Shown: piece after piece, positions 42,968 through 55,341 of the stretch | Numbering within the stretch: position 1 is the first letter of the stretch | Layout of the letters: each line of letters opens with the position of its first letter | From: an uncultured Thermus sp. | Lineage (GTDB): Bacteria > Deinococcota > Deinococci > Deinococcales > Thermaceae | Assembly: GCA_947085095.1 (NCBI GenBank) | Contig: CAMTVD010000010.1 | Span: forward strand, 1 to 55,341 | Length of the DNA: 55,341 nucleotides | Direction: 5' to 3' | Notes under the pieces: model-generated | The model's input: the letters and a program-made list of their open reading frames with translations, nothing else | The model's database searches: none | Told to the model about the DNA's origin: nothing | Made by a program: the position numbers and the translations under genes

Positions 42968-43196
42968 CCTCCCGGGCCAGAAGCTCCGCCAGAGCCTCCT
43001 CGTCCCGGTCTATGTAGCTGGAGTCCTGGCTGGCCCCGAGCCCCACCCAGGCGGGAACCTGGCCCTGGGCCTCTTCCTGAAGGTACCGCCAGAGGGCCTC
43101 CCGCACCAGCTCGGCCTTGGGACGCCCCTTCTTCCGGGCCAGGCGGGTGAGCTCCAGGTCCACCTCCTCCGGCAGGTAAAGGGTGGTCCGACGCAT
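42965..43196 (-). CDS. RHH/CopG antitoxin (VapB-like) whose stop is lost; reads on to 42615
   Basis: MRRTTLYLPEE..L..LARKKG.PKAELVREAL..YL; TAGCAT 6 nt before the ATG. Confidence 0.75.
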
Positions 43197-43205
43197 GCAT
43201 ATATG

Positions 43206-45078
<1,873 letters not shown>

Positions 45079-45084
45079 GCCCCC

Positions 45085-45249
45085 CTATTCCCCCCAGTCC
45101 TCTGCCTCCTCAGGGGCGGGCTCGAGGCGCAAGGGGTCCAGGGAGACCACCTCCAGCTCCGCACCGCACTCCTCGCAGACCAAAAGCTCACCCAGCTCGG
45201 GATTCTCCAAGGTCAGCTCCGCACCGCACTCAGGGCAAGTAGCTACCAT
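45085..45249 (-). CDS. lysW: Amino-group carrier protein LysW (54 aa; not in ORF track)
   Basis: [25 protein letters not shown]-terminus. Confidence 0.95.
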   Translation of the reverse strand: MVATCPECGAELTLENPELGELLVCEECGAELEVVSLDPLRLEPAPEEAEDWGE

Positions 45250-45560
45250 TCCTCGTCCTCCTCCTCTACTTCGCTCCAGTCAGGCACAAAGCGAAAGCCG
45301 CACTCGGGGCACTCCACCTCCTGCCCCGCCTCCTCCTCGGAAACCTCCAGGGTGTAGCCGCACCGGGGGCAGTCCACGAAGAACCCTTCCAGGCCGCCCT
45401 CCGAGACCTCCAGCTCCAGGGGGTCTAGGGAGACCACCTCCAGAAAGGCTCCGCAGGCCTCGCACTCCAGCACGTCCCCCGCCTCGAGGGTTTCCAGATC
45501 CTCGGCCAGCACCAGGCTGACCTCGCCGCACACCGGACAGGTGATCTCCAGGTCCTCCAT
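45243..45560 (-). CDS. lysV: LysV, acidic double zinc-ribbon protein
   Basis: Four CxxC motifs, LysW-like; lies between lysU and lysW. Confidence 0.75.
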   Translation of the reverse strand: MEDLEITCPVCGEVSLVLAEDLETLEAGDVLECEACGAFLEVVSLDPLELEVSEGGLEGFFVDCPRCGYTLEVSEEEAGQEVECPECGFRFVPDWSEVEEEDEEW

Positions 45561-45569
45561 GCCCAAAGT

Positions 45570-46061
45570 CTACTCCCCCGGGAAGCGCCCGTGCTTCTTG
45601 TAGTAGTCCAGGAGGGAGCCCTCCTTGAGGGCCTCCAGGAGGAAAGGGGGCGGGGGCTTGAGCTGGAAGCGCTCCCCTCCCCTAAGCAAGACCCCCTTTT
45701 CCAGGTCCAGCTCCACCTCATCCCCGTCCTCTAGCGCATCCACCACCTCCTCCGATTCAAAGGGAACGATCCCCAGGTTCACCAGGTTGCGGAAGAAGAT
45801 GCGGGCGTAGCTCTTGGCGATGACCGCCCGGATTCCCAGGCGCTTCAACGCTTCCGGAGCGTACTCGCGGCTACTGCCAAGCCCGGCGTTCCGCCCGAAG
45901 ACCAGGATGTCCCCGGGCCGCACCGCCTCGGCAAAGCCCGGGCGCAGGTGGGCGAAGGCGAAGAGGTGAAACCGGTCCTCCCCCACCATGAAGGGGGCGT
46001 ACTTCCCGGGCAGGATGTCGTCGGTGTTGATCTGGTCGCCAAACTTAAAGACCTTGGCCAT
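45570..46061 (-). CDS. lysU: Homoaconitase small subunit
   Basis: GDQINTDDILPG, GSSREYA and ARIFFRN..N.G. Confidence 0.92.
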   Translation of the reverse strand: MAKVFKFGDQINTDDILPGKYAPFMVGEDRFHLFAFAHLRPGFAEAVRPGDILVFGRNAGLGSSREYAPEALKRLGIRAVIAKSYARIFFRNLVNLGIVPFESEEVVDALEDGDEVELDLEKGVLLRGGERFQLKPPPPFLLEALKEGSLLDYYKKHGRFPGE

Positions 46062-46317
46062 AAACCTCCTTTCGGCACTCCGCTACGACCTCCCTGGGCA
46101 CGAGCCGGAGGGCGAGCCAGACGAGAAGGGGAAGGATGAGGGCATCGTCCAGGTGGCCCAAAACGGGGATGAAGTCGGGGATAAGGTCCACGGGGCTTAG
46201 GGCGTAGGCCAAAAGGAGCCCGAGGAGGAAGCGGGCCAGGCGAGGGGTCCTGGGATGGGCCAGGGCCTTCCGGTAGACCAGAAGCTCCTTTTTGAAGCTA
46301 CGCCAGGCTTCCCGCAT
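46045..46317 (-). CDS. YkvA/DUF1232 family membrane protein
   Basis: AYALSPVDLIPDFIPVLGHLDD signature; 90 aa. Confidence 0.88.
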   Translation of the reverse strand: MREAWRSFKKELLVYRKALAHPRTPRLARFLLGLLLAYALSPVDLIPDFIPVLGHLDDALILPLLVWLALRLVPREVVAECRKEVYGQGL

Positions 46318-47551
46318 CCAGCTCCTCCGGTGTGGTGATGTACCCGGCCACGGCGCTGGCCGCCGCCACCCTGGGGCTTGCCAGGTAGATCTCCGCGTCC
46401 GGGGCCCCCATGCGCCCGCGGAAGTTGCGGTTGGAGGTGGAGACGCAGACCTCCCCCGGGGCCAGGACCCCCATGTGCCGCCCCATGCAGGGGCCGCACC
46501 CCGGGGTGCCAATGGTGGCTCCGGCCTGGAGGAGGGTGAGGAGGGTGCCGTCCTTGGTGGCCTCCTCCAGGACCTGGCTGGAGGCGGGCACCACCAGAAG
46601 GCGCACCCCGGGGGCCACTTGCCTCCCCTTCAGCACCTCGGCGGCGGCCCTTAAGTCCTCAATCCGCCCGTTGGTGCAGGTGCCGATGAAGACCTGGTCC
46701 ACCCGCTTCCCCTTGACCTGGGCCACCTCGTGCACGTTGTCCACGTAGAAGGGCACGGAAACCCGGGGGGTGAGGGAGGAAAGGTCTATCTCCACCACCT
46801 CCCGGTAGCGGGCCTCGGGGTCGGGGTAGAGCCAGTCGGGGACCCGGTACATCTCCAGAATCTCCCCGCTCGGCACCACCAGCCCCGCCTTGGCCCCCGC
46901 CTCCACCGTGAGGTTGGCCAGGGTCATGCGCTCCCCGCGGGTGAGGGCCTCGGCCCCGTCCAGGAGGTGGATCTCCACCGCCATGTAGGTGGCCCCTTCC
47001 GCGGTGAGAAGGCGCACCATCTCCAGGGCGGCGTCCTTGGCCGTGACCCCCCTGGGAAGCCCTCCCCGGAAGACCACCTTCACGCTCTCCGGCACCCTCA
47101 ACCAGGTGCGGCCCGAGGCGGCGGCCAGGGCGATGTCCGTGGCCCCCATCCCCGTGCCGAAGGCCCCCACCGCCCCGTAGGTGGTGGAGTGGCTGTCCGA
47201 GCCCACCACGATCCAGCCCGGCTGGGCCAGGCCCTCTTCCATGAGGACCTGGTGGCACACCCCCCGGCCCACGTCAAAGACCCGGATGCCGTGCCTCTTT
47301 CCCCATTCCCGGATCTCCTTCTGGGCCTTGGCCACCTCGAGGTTGGCGGCGGGGGCCACGTGGTCAATGACGATGGAAACCCTTTCCGGATAGCGGGGGG
47401 TGGCCTGAAGGTACTCCAGGCGCTTGAAGAAGCTCCCGGCGATGGAGTCCACCACCATCACCTGGTCCACCTCCACCACCACGAGCTCCCCCGCCTCCAC
47501 CCGCCTCCCCGCCTTGTGGGAGAGGATTTTTTCCGCTAGGGTCTGGCCCAT
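46298..47551 (-). CDS. lysT: Homoaconitase large subunit
   Basis: DH, GVCHQ, DSHSTT, GTCTNGR, CGPCMG and NRNF.GRMG. Confidence 0.93.
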   Translation of the reverse strand: MGQTLAEKILSHKAGRRVEAGELVVVEVDQVMVVDSIAGSFFKRLEYLQATPRYPERVSIVIDHVAPAANLEVAKAQKEIREWGKRHGIRVFDVGRGVCHQVLMEEGLAQPGWIVVGSDSHSTTYGAVGAFGTGMGATDIALAAASGRTWLRVPESVKVVFRGGLPRGVTAKDAALEMVRLLTAEGATYMAVEIHLLDGAEALTRGERMTLANLTVEAGAKAGLVVPSGEILEMYRVPDWLYPDPEARYREVVEIDLSSLTPRVSVPFYVDNVHEVAQVKGKRVDQVFIGTCTNGRIEDLRAAAEVLKGRQVAPGVRLLVVPASSQVLEEATKDGTLLTLLQAGATIGTPGCGPCMGRHMGVLAPGEVCVSTSNRNFRGRMGAPDAEIYLASPRVAAASAVAGYITTPEELDAGSLA

Positions 47552-47574
47552 GCCCTACCTCCTATACTGAGGGT

Positions 47575-47798
47575 ATGGCCAAATACACGGCCATCCTTTA
47601 CCCCGACCCAGAAACCCCTGGGGTCTGGATCGCCGAGTTCCCCGCCGTGCCCCAGGCCCACTCTTTTGCAATAGCCCCGAGGAAGCCCTGAAGAACGCCC
47701 AAGAGGCCCTGGAGCTGGTTCTGGCCTACCTGAAGGAAGAGGGGCGGCCCCTTCCCCAAGACGTGGAAGCGGTAGAGGTGAGGGTGGATGCCGCCTGG
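47575..47798 (+). pseudogene. hicB: HicB antitoxin pseudogene, antisense to the lys operon
   Basis: MAKYTAILYPD..FPAVPQAHSF, 1-bp loss near 47668, then NSPEEALKNAQEALEL..GRPLP. Probable stop read as TGG at 47796. Confidence 0.75.
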
Positions 47799-47976
47799 GC
47801 CCGAGGAGGTGGCCCGAAAGCTCCGGAAACTGGGCTTCGTGGAGCGCATGGCCAAGGGAGGGCATCGCCTCTTCGCCCACCCCGACGGAAGGGTGGTGCC
47901 CTTCCTTCCCAAAGGCACCTTCAGGAAGATCCTGAAGGAGGCGGGCCTCTCCGAGGAGGGGTGTCACCAGGTCTAG
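47788..47976 (+). pseudogene. hicA: HicA toxin, probably degraded
   Basis: [31 protein letters not shown]. The usual VP.H segment is shortened to VVPFLP. Confidence 0.65.
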
Positions 47977-47978
47977 CC

Positions 47979-49172
<1,194 letters not shown>

Positions 49173-49217
49173 CTATCCTACCCCCCGGCGGCCGAGTTTT
49201 TTCTCACGGGCCAGCAT
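49173..49217 (-). CDS. lys operon leader peptide MLAREKKLGRRGVG
   Basis: 14-codon ORF with tandem AAA AAA Lys codons between the promoter and the terminator. Confidence 0.82.
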   Translation of the reverse strand: MLAREKKLGRRGVG

Positions 49218-49227
49218 CTTAGCGGTA

Positions 49228-49256
49228 AGGATATACGAAACCCCCCGCTTTGTCAA
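49228..49256 (-). promoter_or_regulatory. SigA promoter of the lys operon
   Basis: TTGACA-N17-TATCCT. Confidence 0.85.
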
Positions 49257-50044
49257 CGCCCAAACCGCCTCTCCCGGGCCTGGTAGCTCCTCAGAGCCCG
49301 GAGGAAGTCTATCTTGCGAAACTCCGGCCAGAGCACGTCGGCGAAATAAAACTCGGAGTAGGCGGACTGCCAGAGGAGGAAGCCGGAAAGCCGTACCTCC
49401 CCCGAGGTGCGGATGATGAAGTCGGGGTCGGGCAGGCCGGCGGTGTAAAGCCTTTTCCCGATCTCCTCCGAGGTAAGGGTCTCCGCCACCCCCTTGGGGG
49501 AAAGGCCCTTTTCCTCCGCCTCCAGAAGGAGGCTTTTCACCGCGTCCACGATCTCCTCCCGGCCCCCGTAGCCCATGGCGATGTTGAGGACCATCCCCTT
49601 GTGGTCCCGGGTCCTGGCCTCGAGGCGCTCCACGGCCTTCAGCACCTCCGCGGAAAACCCCTCCCGCCGCCCGATGAAGCGCACCTGGACCTGGTGCTCC
49701 AGGATGCGGTGGTCCTCCGCCATTCTCTCCGTCTCCCGCACGAAGAGGCGCATGAGGGCCTCCACCTCCTCAGGGGAGCGCCGGAAGTTCTCCGTGGAGA
49801 AGACCCAGACGGTGACCGTTTTGATGCCCAGCTCCAGGCACCACTCCAGGACCTCGTAGGCCTTGTGCACCCCGAACTCGTGCCCCAGGGTGGGGGGAAG
49901 GCCCAGGGCCCGGGCATAGCGGCGGTTCCCGTCCAGGATGAGGCCCAGGTGCCGGGGCATGGGGCCTCTTTTGACCTCCTTGAGGAGGCGCTTCTCGTAG
50001 AGCCAGTAGAGGGGGCGGGAAAGGCTTAGGAGGCGGCGGAGCAT
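49253..50044 (-). CDS. cis-isoprenyl transferase (UppS family)
   Basis: HLGLILDGNRR, FSTENF.R, YGGREEI and IRTSGE.RLS.FLLWQSAYSE. Confidence 0.92.
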   Translation of the reverse strand: MLRRLLSLSRPLYWLYEKRLLKEVKRGPMPRHLGLILDGNRRYARALGLPPTLGHEFGVHKAYEVLEWCLELGIKTVTVWVFSTENFRRSPEEVEALMRLFVRETERMAEDHRILEHQVQVRFIGRREGFSAEVLKAVERLEARTRDHKGMVLNIAMGYGGREEIVDAVKSLLLEAEEKGLSPKGVAETLTSEEIGKRLYTAGLPDPDFIIRTSGEVRLSGFLLWQSAYSEFYFADVLWPEFRKIDFLRALRSYQARERRFGR

Positions 50045-50087
50045 ACCCTTTCCACCCTAATCCCCCGGTGGGCAAAAGGGAAGGGCT

Positions 50088-51206
50088 TCAGCGGTAAAGC
50101 TCCCGGGCGATGACGAGGCGCTGGATCTCCGAGGTGCCCTCGTAGATCTCCGTGACCTTGGCATCCCGGTAGTAGCGCTCCACCCGGTAGTCCCGGTGGT
50201 AGCCGTACCCCCCCAGGACCTGGACCGCCTCCCGGGTCACCTCCACCGCCACCTGGCTGGCGAAGAGCTTGGCGGCGCTGGCCTCGAGGGTGAACCGCTC
50301 CCCCCGGTCCTTTTTCTCCGCCGCCTTCAGGGTGAGGGCCCGGGCCGCCTCTATCTTCACGTGCATGTCGGCGATCTTGAAGGCGATGGCCTGGTGTTCC
50401 CTCAGCTTCTTGCCGAACTGCTCCCTTTGGTCGGCGTAGGCCTTGGCGATCTCGTAGGCCCCCCGGGCGATGCCCACTGCCTGGGCCGCCACCCCGAGGC
50501 GCCCCGAGTCCAGGCCTGCCAGGGCGTAGGCCAGCCCCCGCCCCTCCTCCCCCAAAAGGTTCGCCTCGGGGACGAAGACCTCCTCCAGGCGCACCTCGGC
50601 GGTGTGAGCGGCGTGCAGACCCATCTTCTCCTCCGGCGGGCCGAAGGAAAGGCCGGGGGTGCCCTTCTCCACCAAGAAGGCGCTGATCCCCTTTTCCGTC
50701 CGGGCCATGACCACGTAGAGGTGGGCCTGCCCGGCGGAGGTGATCCAGCTCTTCACCCCGTTCAGGACGAACCCCCCGGGCACCCGCCTGGCCTCGGCGC
50801 GGAGGCTTTTCGCGTCCGAGCCCGCATGGGGTTCCGTGAGGCAGAAGGCCCCGATCCACTCCCCCTGGGCCAGGGGCACCAGGTAGCGCTTTTTTTGCGC
50901 CTCGGTGCCAAAGCGGAGGAGCATGTACTGGGGAAGGCCGGCCGTTACCGAGAGGATCACCGCCACGCTGGGGTCGGCGGCAGCGATCTCCTCGAGGGCC
51001 AAAACCCAGGTCACGGAGTCCAGTCCCGCACCCCCCCAGGCCTCGGGGGTGGTCATGCCCAAAAAGCCCAGCCCCCCTAGGGCCTTGAGCTGGGGCCAGG
51101 GGTACTCCCCCTTGCGGTCGTACTCCGGGGCCAGGGGGTAGAGGATCTCCTTGGCCACCTGGCGTAGCGTGTCCAGGACCAGCTTTTGCTCTGGGGTGAG
51201 GGTCAT
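50088..51206 (-). CDS. Acyl-CoA dehydrogenase
   Basis: CLTEPHAGSD, LNGVKSWIT, REQFGK, GGYGY and IYEGTSEIQR. Confidence 0.93.
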   Translation of the reverse strand: MTLTPEQKLVLDTLRQVAKEILYPLAPEYDRKGEYPWPQLKALGGLGFLGMTTPEAWGGAGLDSVTWVLALEEIAAADPSVAVILSVTAGLPQYMLLRFGTEAQKKRYLVPLAQGEWIGAFCLTEPHAGSDAKSLRAEARRVPGGFVLNGVKSWITSAGQAHLYVVMARTEKGISAFLVEKGTPGLSFGPPEEKMGLHAAHTAEVRLEEVFVPEANLLGEEGRGLAYALAGLDSGRLGVAAQAVGIARGAYEIAKAYADQREQFGKKLREHQAIAFKIADMHVKIEAARALTLKAAEKKDRGERFTLEASAAKLFASQVAVEVTREAVQVLGGYGYHRDYRVERYYRDAKVTEIYEGTSEIQRLVIARELYR

Positions 51207-51243
51207 CAGCCCTATCGTATCACTGCAAGGCAGCAAAAAAACG

Positions 51244-51807
51244 TCATTCCTCTCCCCATCTCGGAGCCCGGCGAGCGGGAAGGCCCAGGTGGTCCAGGAT
51301 GCGCTGGGTGAGGAAGCCCAGAAGGTCGGCGATCTCCTTGGGCCGGTGGTAAAACCCAGGGCTGGCGGGGAGGATCAGGGCCCCCGCCTCCGCCGCCTGC
51401 ACCATGGCCTTCAGGGTGGGAAGGGGCAAGGGGGTCTCCCGGGGCACCAGGATGAGGGGCCTTTTCTCCTTCAGGTGCACGTAGGCGGCCCGGGTGAGGA
51501 GGGTGTCCGCCAGGCCGTGGGCCACCTTGGCCAGGGTGGTGGCGGAGCAGGGGACCACCACCATCCCCCGGGTCTGGAAGGAGCCGGAGGCGATGGGGGC
51601 CCCCAGGTCGCTGTCCTTGTAAACCCGGGCCGCCAGGGGATAGAGGTCCTTGGGGCCTAGCCCCATCTCCTCCCAGAGGACCCGCTTGGCCCCCTGGGAG
51701 AGGACCAGGTGCACCTCGGCCAGACCGGCCAAAGCCTGAAGGAGGTCCAGGGCGTAGGGCATGCCGCTGGCCCCGGAAAGCCCCACCACCACGCGGGGAA
51801 GCTGCAT
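51244..51807 (-). CDS. ubiX: Flavin prenyltransferase
   Basis: SGASG, IASGS, PCS, RAA.V.LKE.R, RETP and PGFY. Confidence 0.92.
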   Translation of the reverse strand: MQLPRVVVGLSGASGMPYALDLLQALAGLAEVHLVLSQGAKRVLWEEMGLGPKDLYPLAARVYKDSDLGAPIASGSFQTRGMVVVPCSATTLAKVAHGLADTLLTRAAYVHLKEKRPLILVPRETPLPLPTLKAMVQAAEAGALILPASPGFYHRPKEIADLLGFLTQRILDHLGLPARRAPRWGEE

Positions 51808-51821
51808 GCCCCCACTATAAG

Positions 51822-51847
51822 AAAACCCCGGGGTCCAGGCCCCGGGG
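51822..51847 (-). terminator. Terminator after rplL
   Basis: CCCCGGGG stem followed on the minus strand by TTTT. Confidence 0.7.
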
Positions 51848-51866
51848 GGCACCCCGTGGTGCGGCG

Positions 51867-52244
51867 TTACTTCAGCTCCACCACCGCGCCCACGGCCTCC
51901 AGCTTCTTCTTGATCTCCTCGGCCTCGGCCTTGGGGATGCCCTCCTTGATGGGGCCGCCCTTCTCGGCCAGGTCCTTGGCCTCCTTGAGGCCGAGCCCGG
52001 TGATGGCCCGGAGCTCCTTGATGACCTCCAGCTTCTTGGCCCCGGCCTCCTTGAGGATCACGTCAAACTCGGTCTTCTCCTCCACGGGGGCCGCGGCCTG
52101 GGCCTGAGCGGGCACCGCGGCCACGGCCACGGGGGCCGCCGCGGTCACACCCCAAGTCTCCTTGAGAACGTCAATGAGCTGCTTGAGTTCCAAAACCGTC
52201 GCCTGGGAAAGCTCTTCCTTGATGCGTTCAATGTCCAAAGCCAT
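51867..52244 (-). CDS. rplL: 50S ribosomal protein L7/L12
   Basis: EEKTEFDV and [11 protein letters not shown]. Confidence 0.98.
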   Translation of the reverse strand: MALDIERIKEELSQATVLELKQLIDVLKETWGVTAAAPVAVAAVPAQAQAAAPVEEKTEFDVILKEAGAKKLEVIKELRAITGLGLKEAKDLAEKGGPIKEGIPKAEAEEIKKKLEAVGAVVELK

Positions 52245-52254
52245 CTCCTACCTC

Positions 52255-52776
52255 CTAAGCCGCCTTCTTCTCCGCGTACGCCTCGAGGATGCCCACCAGC
52301 TCGCGGGCCACCCCACCCAGAACGCCCACAAGCTCCGCCATGGGAGCCTGGAGCACGCCCACGAGCTCCGCCCGGAGCTCGTCCATGGTGGGGAGCTCCG
52401 CCAAGGCCACCAGGTCCTTGGCCGAGAGGACCTGGCCCTGCAGAAGCCCGCCCTTGGCCTCGGGAATCCCCTTCGGGTTCTTCTTGGAGAACTCCTGCAG
52501 GGCCTTGGCCGCGGCCACCGGGTCCTCATAAAAGACCACGGCGCTGGGCCCGGCAAGCCCGTCCAGCTCCGGCAGGCCAAGCTCCTTCAGGGCGATGCGG
52601 ATCAGGGTGTTCTTGGCCACGAAGAGCCTAGCCCCCTTCTCCTTCAGGGCCTGGCGCAGGGCGTGGGTCTCCTTGGCGGAAAGCCCCTGGTAGTTCACCA
52701 GGAAGAAGGAGCCATGGGCCCGCTCAAGGTTCTCCTTGAGGGCGGCGAGAAGGGCGATGTTGCGCTTGTTTGGCAC
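52255..52776 (-). CDS. rplJ: 50S ribosomal protein L10
   Basis: NYQGL, VAKNTL and LPT..EL. GTG start with SD; 173 aa. Confidence 0.96.
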   Translation of the reverse strand: MPNKRNIALLAALKENLERAHGSFFLVNYQGLSAKETHALRQALKEKGARLFVAKNTLIRIALKELGLPELDGLAGPSAVVFYEDPVAAAKALQEFSKKNPKGIPEAKGGLLQGQVLSAKDLVALAELPTMDELRAELVGVLQAPMAELVGVLGGVARELVGILEAYAEKKAA

Positions 52777-52789
52777 GCCTTCCTCCCTT

Positions 52790-52900
52790 TTGGGGCAGGG
52801 GAACCCCGACCGATTTCCTTGGGATTTTCGCGAAACGCTCCCCCTCAAGCGCCTCGGCGGGATGTTTAAGGCCTAAGCCCCCCGCTGTCTTTGGCCTGGG
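52790..52900 (-). promoter_or_regulatory. Ribosomal protein L10 leader (boundaries approximate)
   Basis: Minus strand CCAAAGACAGCGGG..TAAA..CCCGCCGAGG in the rplJ 5' UTR. Confidence 0.7.
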
Positions 52901-52928
52901 CGCCCACGCGCCCGGGGTGCCATAGAGG

Positions 52929-52957
52929 AGTGTACGCAGTAAAGGGCCCGGAGTCAA
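52929..52957 (-). promoter_or_regulatory. SigA promoter of rplJL
   Basis: TTGACT-N17-TACACT. Confidence 0.75.
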
Positions 52958-52976
52958 GCAGACCCCGGGCCTCGCC

Positions 52977-53666
52977 TCAGGAGTGGGGGTTGATGCGGAT
53001 GCTGGGCCCCATGGTGCTGGTCACGTAGACCGAGCGCAGGAAGGTGCCCTTGGCCGCCTCGGGCTTGCTGGCCTCGAGGGCCTTGATGAAGGCCCGGATG
53101 TTGTCGGCGAGCTTCTCCGGGGGGAAGCTGGCCTTGCCCACGGGGGCGTGGATGGCCCCGGTCTTGTCGTTGCGGAACTCAATCCGCCCCGCCTTGATCT
53201 CCTTGATGATCTCCCCGATGTTGAAGCCCACGGTCCCCGCCTTGGGGTTGGGGAGGAGGCCCCGAGGACCCAGGATGCGGCCCAGCTTGGAGCCCACGGC
53301 CCCCATCACATCGGGGGTGGCCACCACGGCATCAAAGTCCATCCAGCCGTCCAGGATCTTCTGGATGATCTCCTCGCCGCCCACGTAGTCGGCCCCGGCC
53401 TCCTCGGCCTCCTTGATCTTCTCCCCCTTGGCGATGGCTAGGACCCGCACCTGCTTGCCCAGGCCGTGGGGCAGGGAGACGGTGCCGCGCACGTTCTGGT
53501 CGGACTTCCGGGGGTCAATGCCCAGCTTGGCGTGGACCTCCACCGTCTCGTCAAACTTGGCGGTGGCGAGGTCCTTCACCAGGCGAGCGGCCTCGTCAAT
53601 GGTGTAGACCCTCGCCGGATCCACCTTCTCCAAGAGGGCCCGGTAGCGCTTGCCGTGCTTAGGCAT
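52977..53666 (-). CDS. rplA: 50S ribosomal protein L1
   Basis: [17 protein letters not shown] and [15 protein letters not shown]. Confidence 0.98.
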   Translation of the reverse strand: MPKHGKRYRALLEKVDPARVYTIDEAARLVKDLATAKFDETVEVHAKLGIDPRKSDQNVRGTVSLPHGLGKQVRVLAIAKGEKIKEAEEAGADYVGGEEIIQKILDGWMDFDAVVATPDVMGAVGSKLGRILGPRGLLPNPKAGTVGFNIGEIIKEIKAGRIEFRNDKTGAIHAPVGKASFPPEKLADNIRAFIKALEASKPEAAKGTFLRSVYVTSTMGPSIRINPHS

Positions 53667-54102
53667 CCTTCACCTCCGGCATCCCCACCACCTCCACCCC
53701 CATGGAGCGGGCCGAACCGGCGATCATCCGGGCGGCGGCCTCCAGGTCGGTGGTGTTCATGTCGGGAAGCTTCTGCTTGGCGATCTCCAGCACCTGCTGC
53801 CAGGTGATCCTCCCCACCTTCTCCCTACCCGACTTGTGGGCCCCCTTCTCCAGCCCCGCCGCCTTGCGGATCAGGTAGCTGGCGGGCGGGGTCTTGGTGA
53901 TGAAGGTGAAGGAACGGTCGGCGTAGATGGTGATCTCCACCGGGACGATGGCGTCCCCCATGCCCGCCGTGGCCGCGTTGAAGGCCTTCACGAACTCCAT
54001 GATGTTGGCCCCGTGCTGGCCCAAGGCGGGCCCCACCGGGGGCGCGGGCGTGGCCTTGCCCGCGGGCAGCTGCAGCTTGACTACGGCAACGATCTTCTTC
54101 AT
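53659..54102 (-). CDS. rplK: 50S ribosomal protein L11
   Basis: [18 protein letters not shown] and GSARSMG. Confidence 0.98.
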   Translation of the reverse strand: MKKIVAVVKLQLPAGKATPAPPVGPALGQHGANIMEFVKAFNAATAGMGDAIVPVEITIYADRSFTFITKTPPASYLIRKAAGLEKGAHKSGREKVGRITWQQVLEIAKQKLPDMNTTDLEAAARMIAGSARSMGVEVVGMPEVKDA

Positions 54103-54145
54103 TTTTCCCTCCTAGGCTCCCCCCAAGTTGGGGGTGCAAGCGCCT

Positions 54146-54700
54146 TTAGGCCTTGACCACCTGGGAGAAATCCAGCTCCACAGGGGTCTCGCGCCCGAAG
54201 ATGGTGACCATGACCTTGACTTTACCCTTCTCGGGGTTGATCTCGGTCACGGTGCCGGTGAAATCGGCGAAGGGGCCGGAGACGACCCTTACCTGGTCCC
54301 CCTCCCGGAAGGCCACCTGGGCCTTGGGGGCTTCCTTCCTGCCCAGGAGACCGGAGACCTCGAGGATGTGCCGCACCTCGTCCGGGGAAAGAGGCACCGG
54401 GCGGTGGCCCGCCCCCACGAAGCCGGTGATGCCAGGGGTCCCCCGCACCACCTCCCAGGCCTCGTTGGGCTCCTCCTCATCGCCCAGGTCCATCTGGATG
54501 AAAAGGTAGCCAGGGAAGAGCTTCCTCTTCAGGATCTCCTTCCTGCCCCCCTCGCGCACCTCCACCACCTCCTCCGTGGGGATGAGGACCTGGAAGATCT
54601 TGTCCTCCATGCGGAAGGCCTTCACCCGCTTCTCCAAGTTGTCCTTGGCCTTCTCCTCCTGCCCCACGTAGGTGTGGACCGCGTACCATTCAATGCTCAT
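54146..54700 (-). CDS. nusG: Transcription elongation factor NusG
   Basis: WYAVHT, FPGYLF, KOW GPFADF.G and FGRETPVEL. Confidence 0.98.
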   Translation of the reverse strand: MSIEWYAVHTYVGQEEKAKDNLEKRVKAFRMEDKIFQVLIPTEEVVEVREGGRKEILKRKLFPGYLFIQMDLGDEEEPNEAWEVVRGTPGITGFVGAGHRPVPLSPDEVRHILEVSGLLGRKEAPKAQVAFREGDQVRVVSGPFADFTGTVTEINPEKGKVKVMVTIFGRETPVELDFSQVVKA

Positions 54701-54879
54701 CGCAAGAGCCCTATCAGGAAGCGGAAGACCAGGTCGTAAAGGCCCAGGAGCACCATGGCCACCAGGGTGAAGATCAGGATGGCCTGGGTTCCCTCAATGA
54801 CCTGCTCCCGCGTGGGCCAGGTGACCCGGGCAAGCTCAGCCCGGGCCTCCTGGAAGTAGCGGACAATCCGGGCGAACAT
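54697..54879 (-). CDS. secE: Preprotein translocase SecE
   Basis: [10 protein letters not shown] plus one TM helix. Confidence 0.95.
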   Translation of the reverse strand: MFARIVRYFQEARAELARVTWPTREQVIEGTQAILIFTLVAMVLLGLYDLVFRFLIGLLR

Positions 54880-55043
54880 CAGACCTTCACTTCCCGGTGC
54901 GCCGTGTGCTTATCGCACCAAGGGCAGTACTTCTTGAGCTCCAGCTTGGAGGTGGTGTTGCGCTTGTTCTTCTCGGTGGCGTAGTTGCGGCGCTTGCACT
55001 CCGTGCACTCCAAGAGGATCTTGATGCGGACCTCGCTGGCCAT
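54879..55043 (-). CDS. rpmG: 50S ribosomal protein L33 (zinc-binding type; not in ORF track)
   Basis: [32 protein letters not shown]. Confidence 0.96.
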   Translation of the reverse strand: MASEVRIKILLECTECKRRNYATEKNKRNTTSKLELKKYCPWCDKHTAHREVKV

Positions 55044-55088
55044 GCCTCACCTCGCTTTTGGGGGGGGAGGCAACCCTCCCCCCAGGAC

Positions 55089-55341
55089 CTACTCCAGGAT
55101 CTTGGTGACCACACCGGCGCCCACGGTCCGCCCACCCTCCCGGATGGCAAACCGCAAACCCTCCTCCAACGCCACCGGCTTGATCAGCTCCACCGTGAAC
55201 GTCACATTGTCCCCAGGCATCACCATCTCCACCCCCTGGGGCAGCTCCACCACCCCCGTCACATCCGTCGTCCGAAAGTAAAACTGCGGCCGGTACCCCG
55301 TGAAAAAACCCGTGTGCCGACCCCCCTCCTCCTTCCGCAAA
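55089..55341 (-). CDS. tuf: Elongation factor Tu, C-terminal end (5' truncated)
   Basis: [22 protein letters not shown] and [13 protein letters not shown]. Confidence 0.98.
   Translation of the reverse strand, partial: LRKEEGGRHTGFFTGYRPQFYFRTTDVTGVVELPQGVEMVMPGDNVTFTVELIKPVALEEGLRFAIREGGRTVGAGVVTKILE

Noticed and set aside
45153..45231. 18-bp direct repeat CAGCTCCGCACCGCACTC
   Set aside because: Encodes the two ECGAEL zinc-knuckle halves of LysW.
51867..55341. No rpoBC after rplL and no tRNA-Trp between rpmG and secE
   Set aside because: Gene-order difference only. tRNA-Trp is at 35702, and a separate rpoBC locus is, as far as I know, usual in Thermus.

Overview
GC-rich chromosomal window from a Thermus-like bacterium (Deinococcus-Thermus). 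The assignment rests on the tandem-OB SSB, the three-gene transhydrogenase, the LysW-dependent alpha-aminoadipate lysine operon, the split NAD synthetase and pervasive TANNNT-N6-start leaderless promoters. Most of the window is core genome: the relA 3' end, a branched-chain 2-oxoacid dehydrogenase/lipoate/azlCD cluster, rpsF-ssb-rpsR-rplI, tRNA-Asn, pnt genes, transporters, comM/yifB, mgsA, an M32 carboxypeptidase, pilD, tRNA-Trp, mutY, nadE, a GH57 branching enzyme, the hcs-lysTUVWXYZ operon with its Lys-Lys leader-peptide attenuator, and tuf-rpmG-secE-nusG-rplKAJL. I see no prophage, IS or CRISPR array, and no convincing large novel system. The most unusual pattern is that all four type II toxin-antitoxin loci (two hicBA, one HEPN/MNT, one vapBC) carry inactivating lesions while the housekeeping genes around them are intact. 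Other leads are an ABC-transporter deletion scar, a Fic-HTH protein, an Lrp/orphan islet beside tRNA-Trp, a YkvA-type gene wedged between lysT and lysU, and an 85-bp multi-hairpin element upstream of lipB. All family assignments are from motif recognition and recalled orthologues, not database searches.
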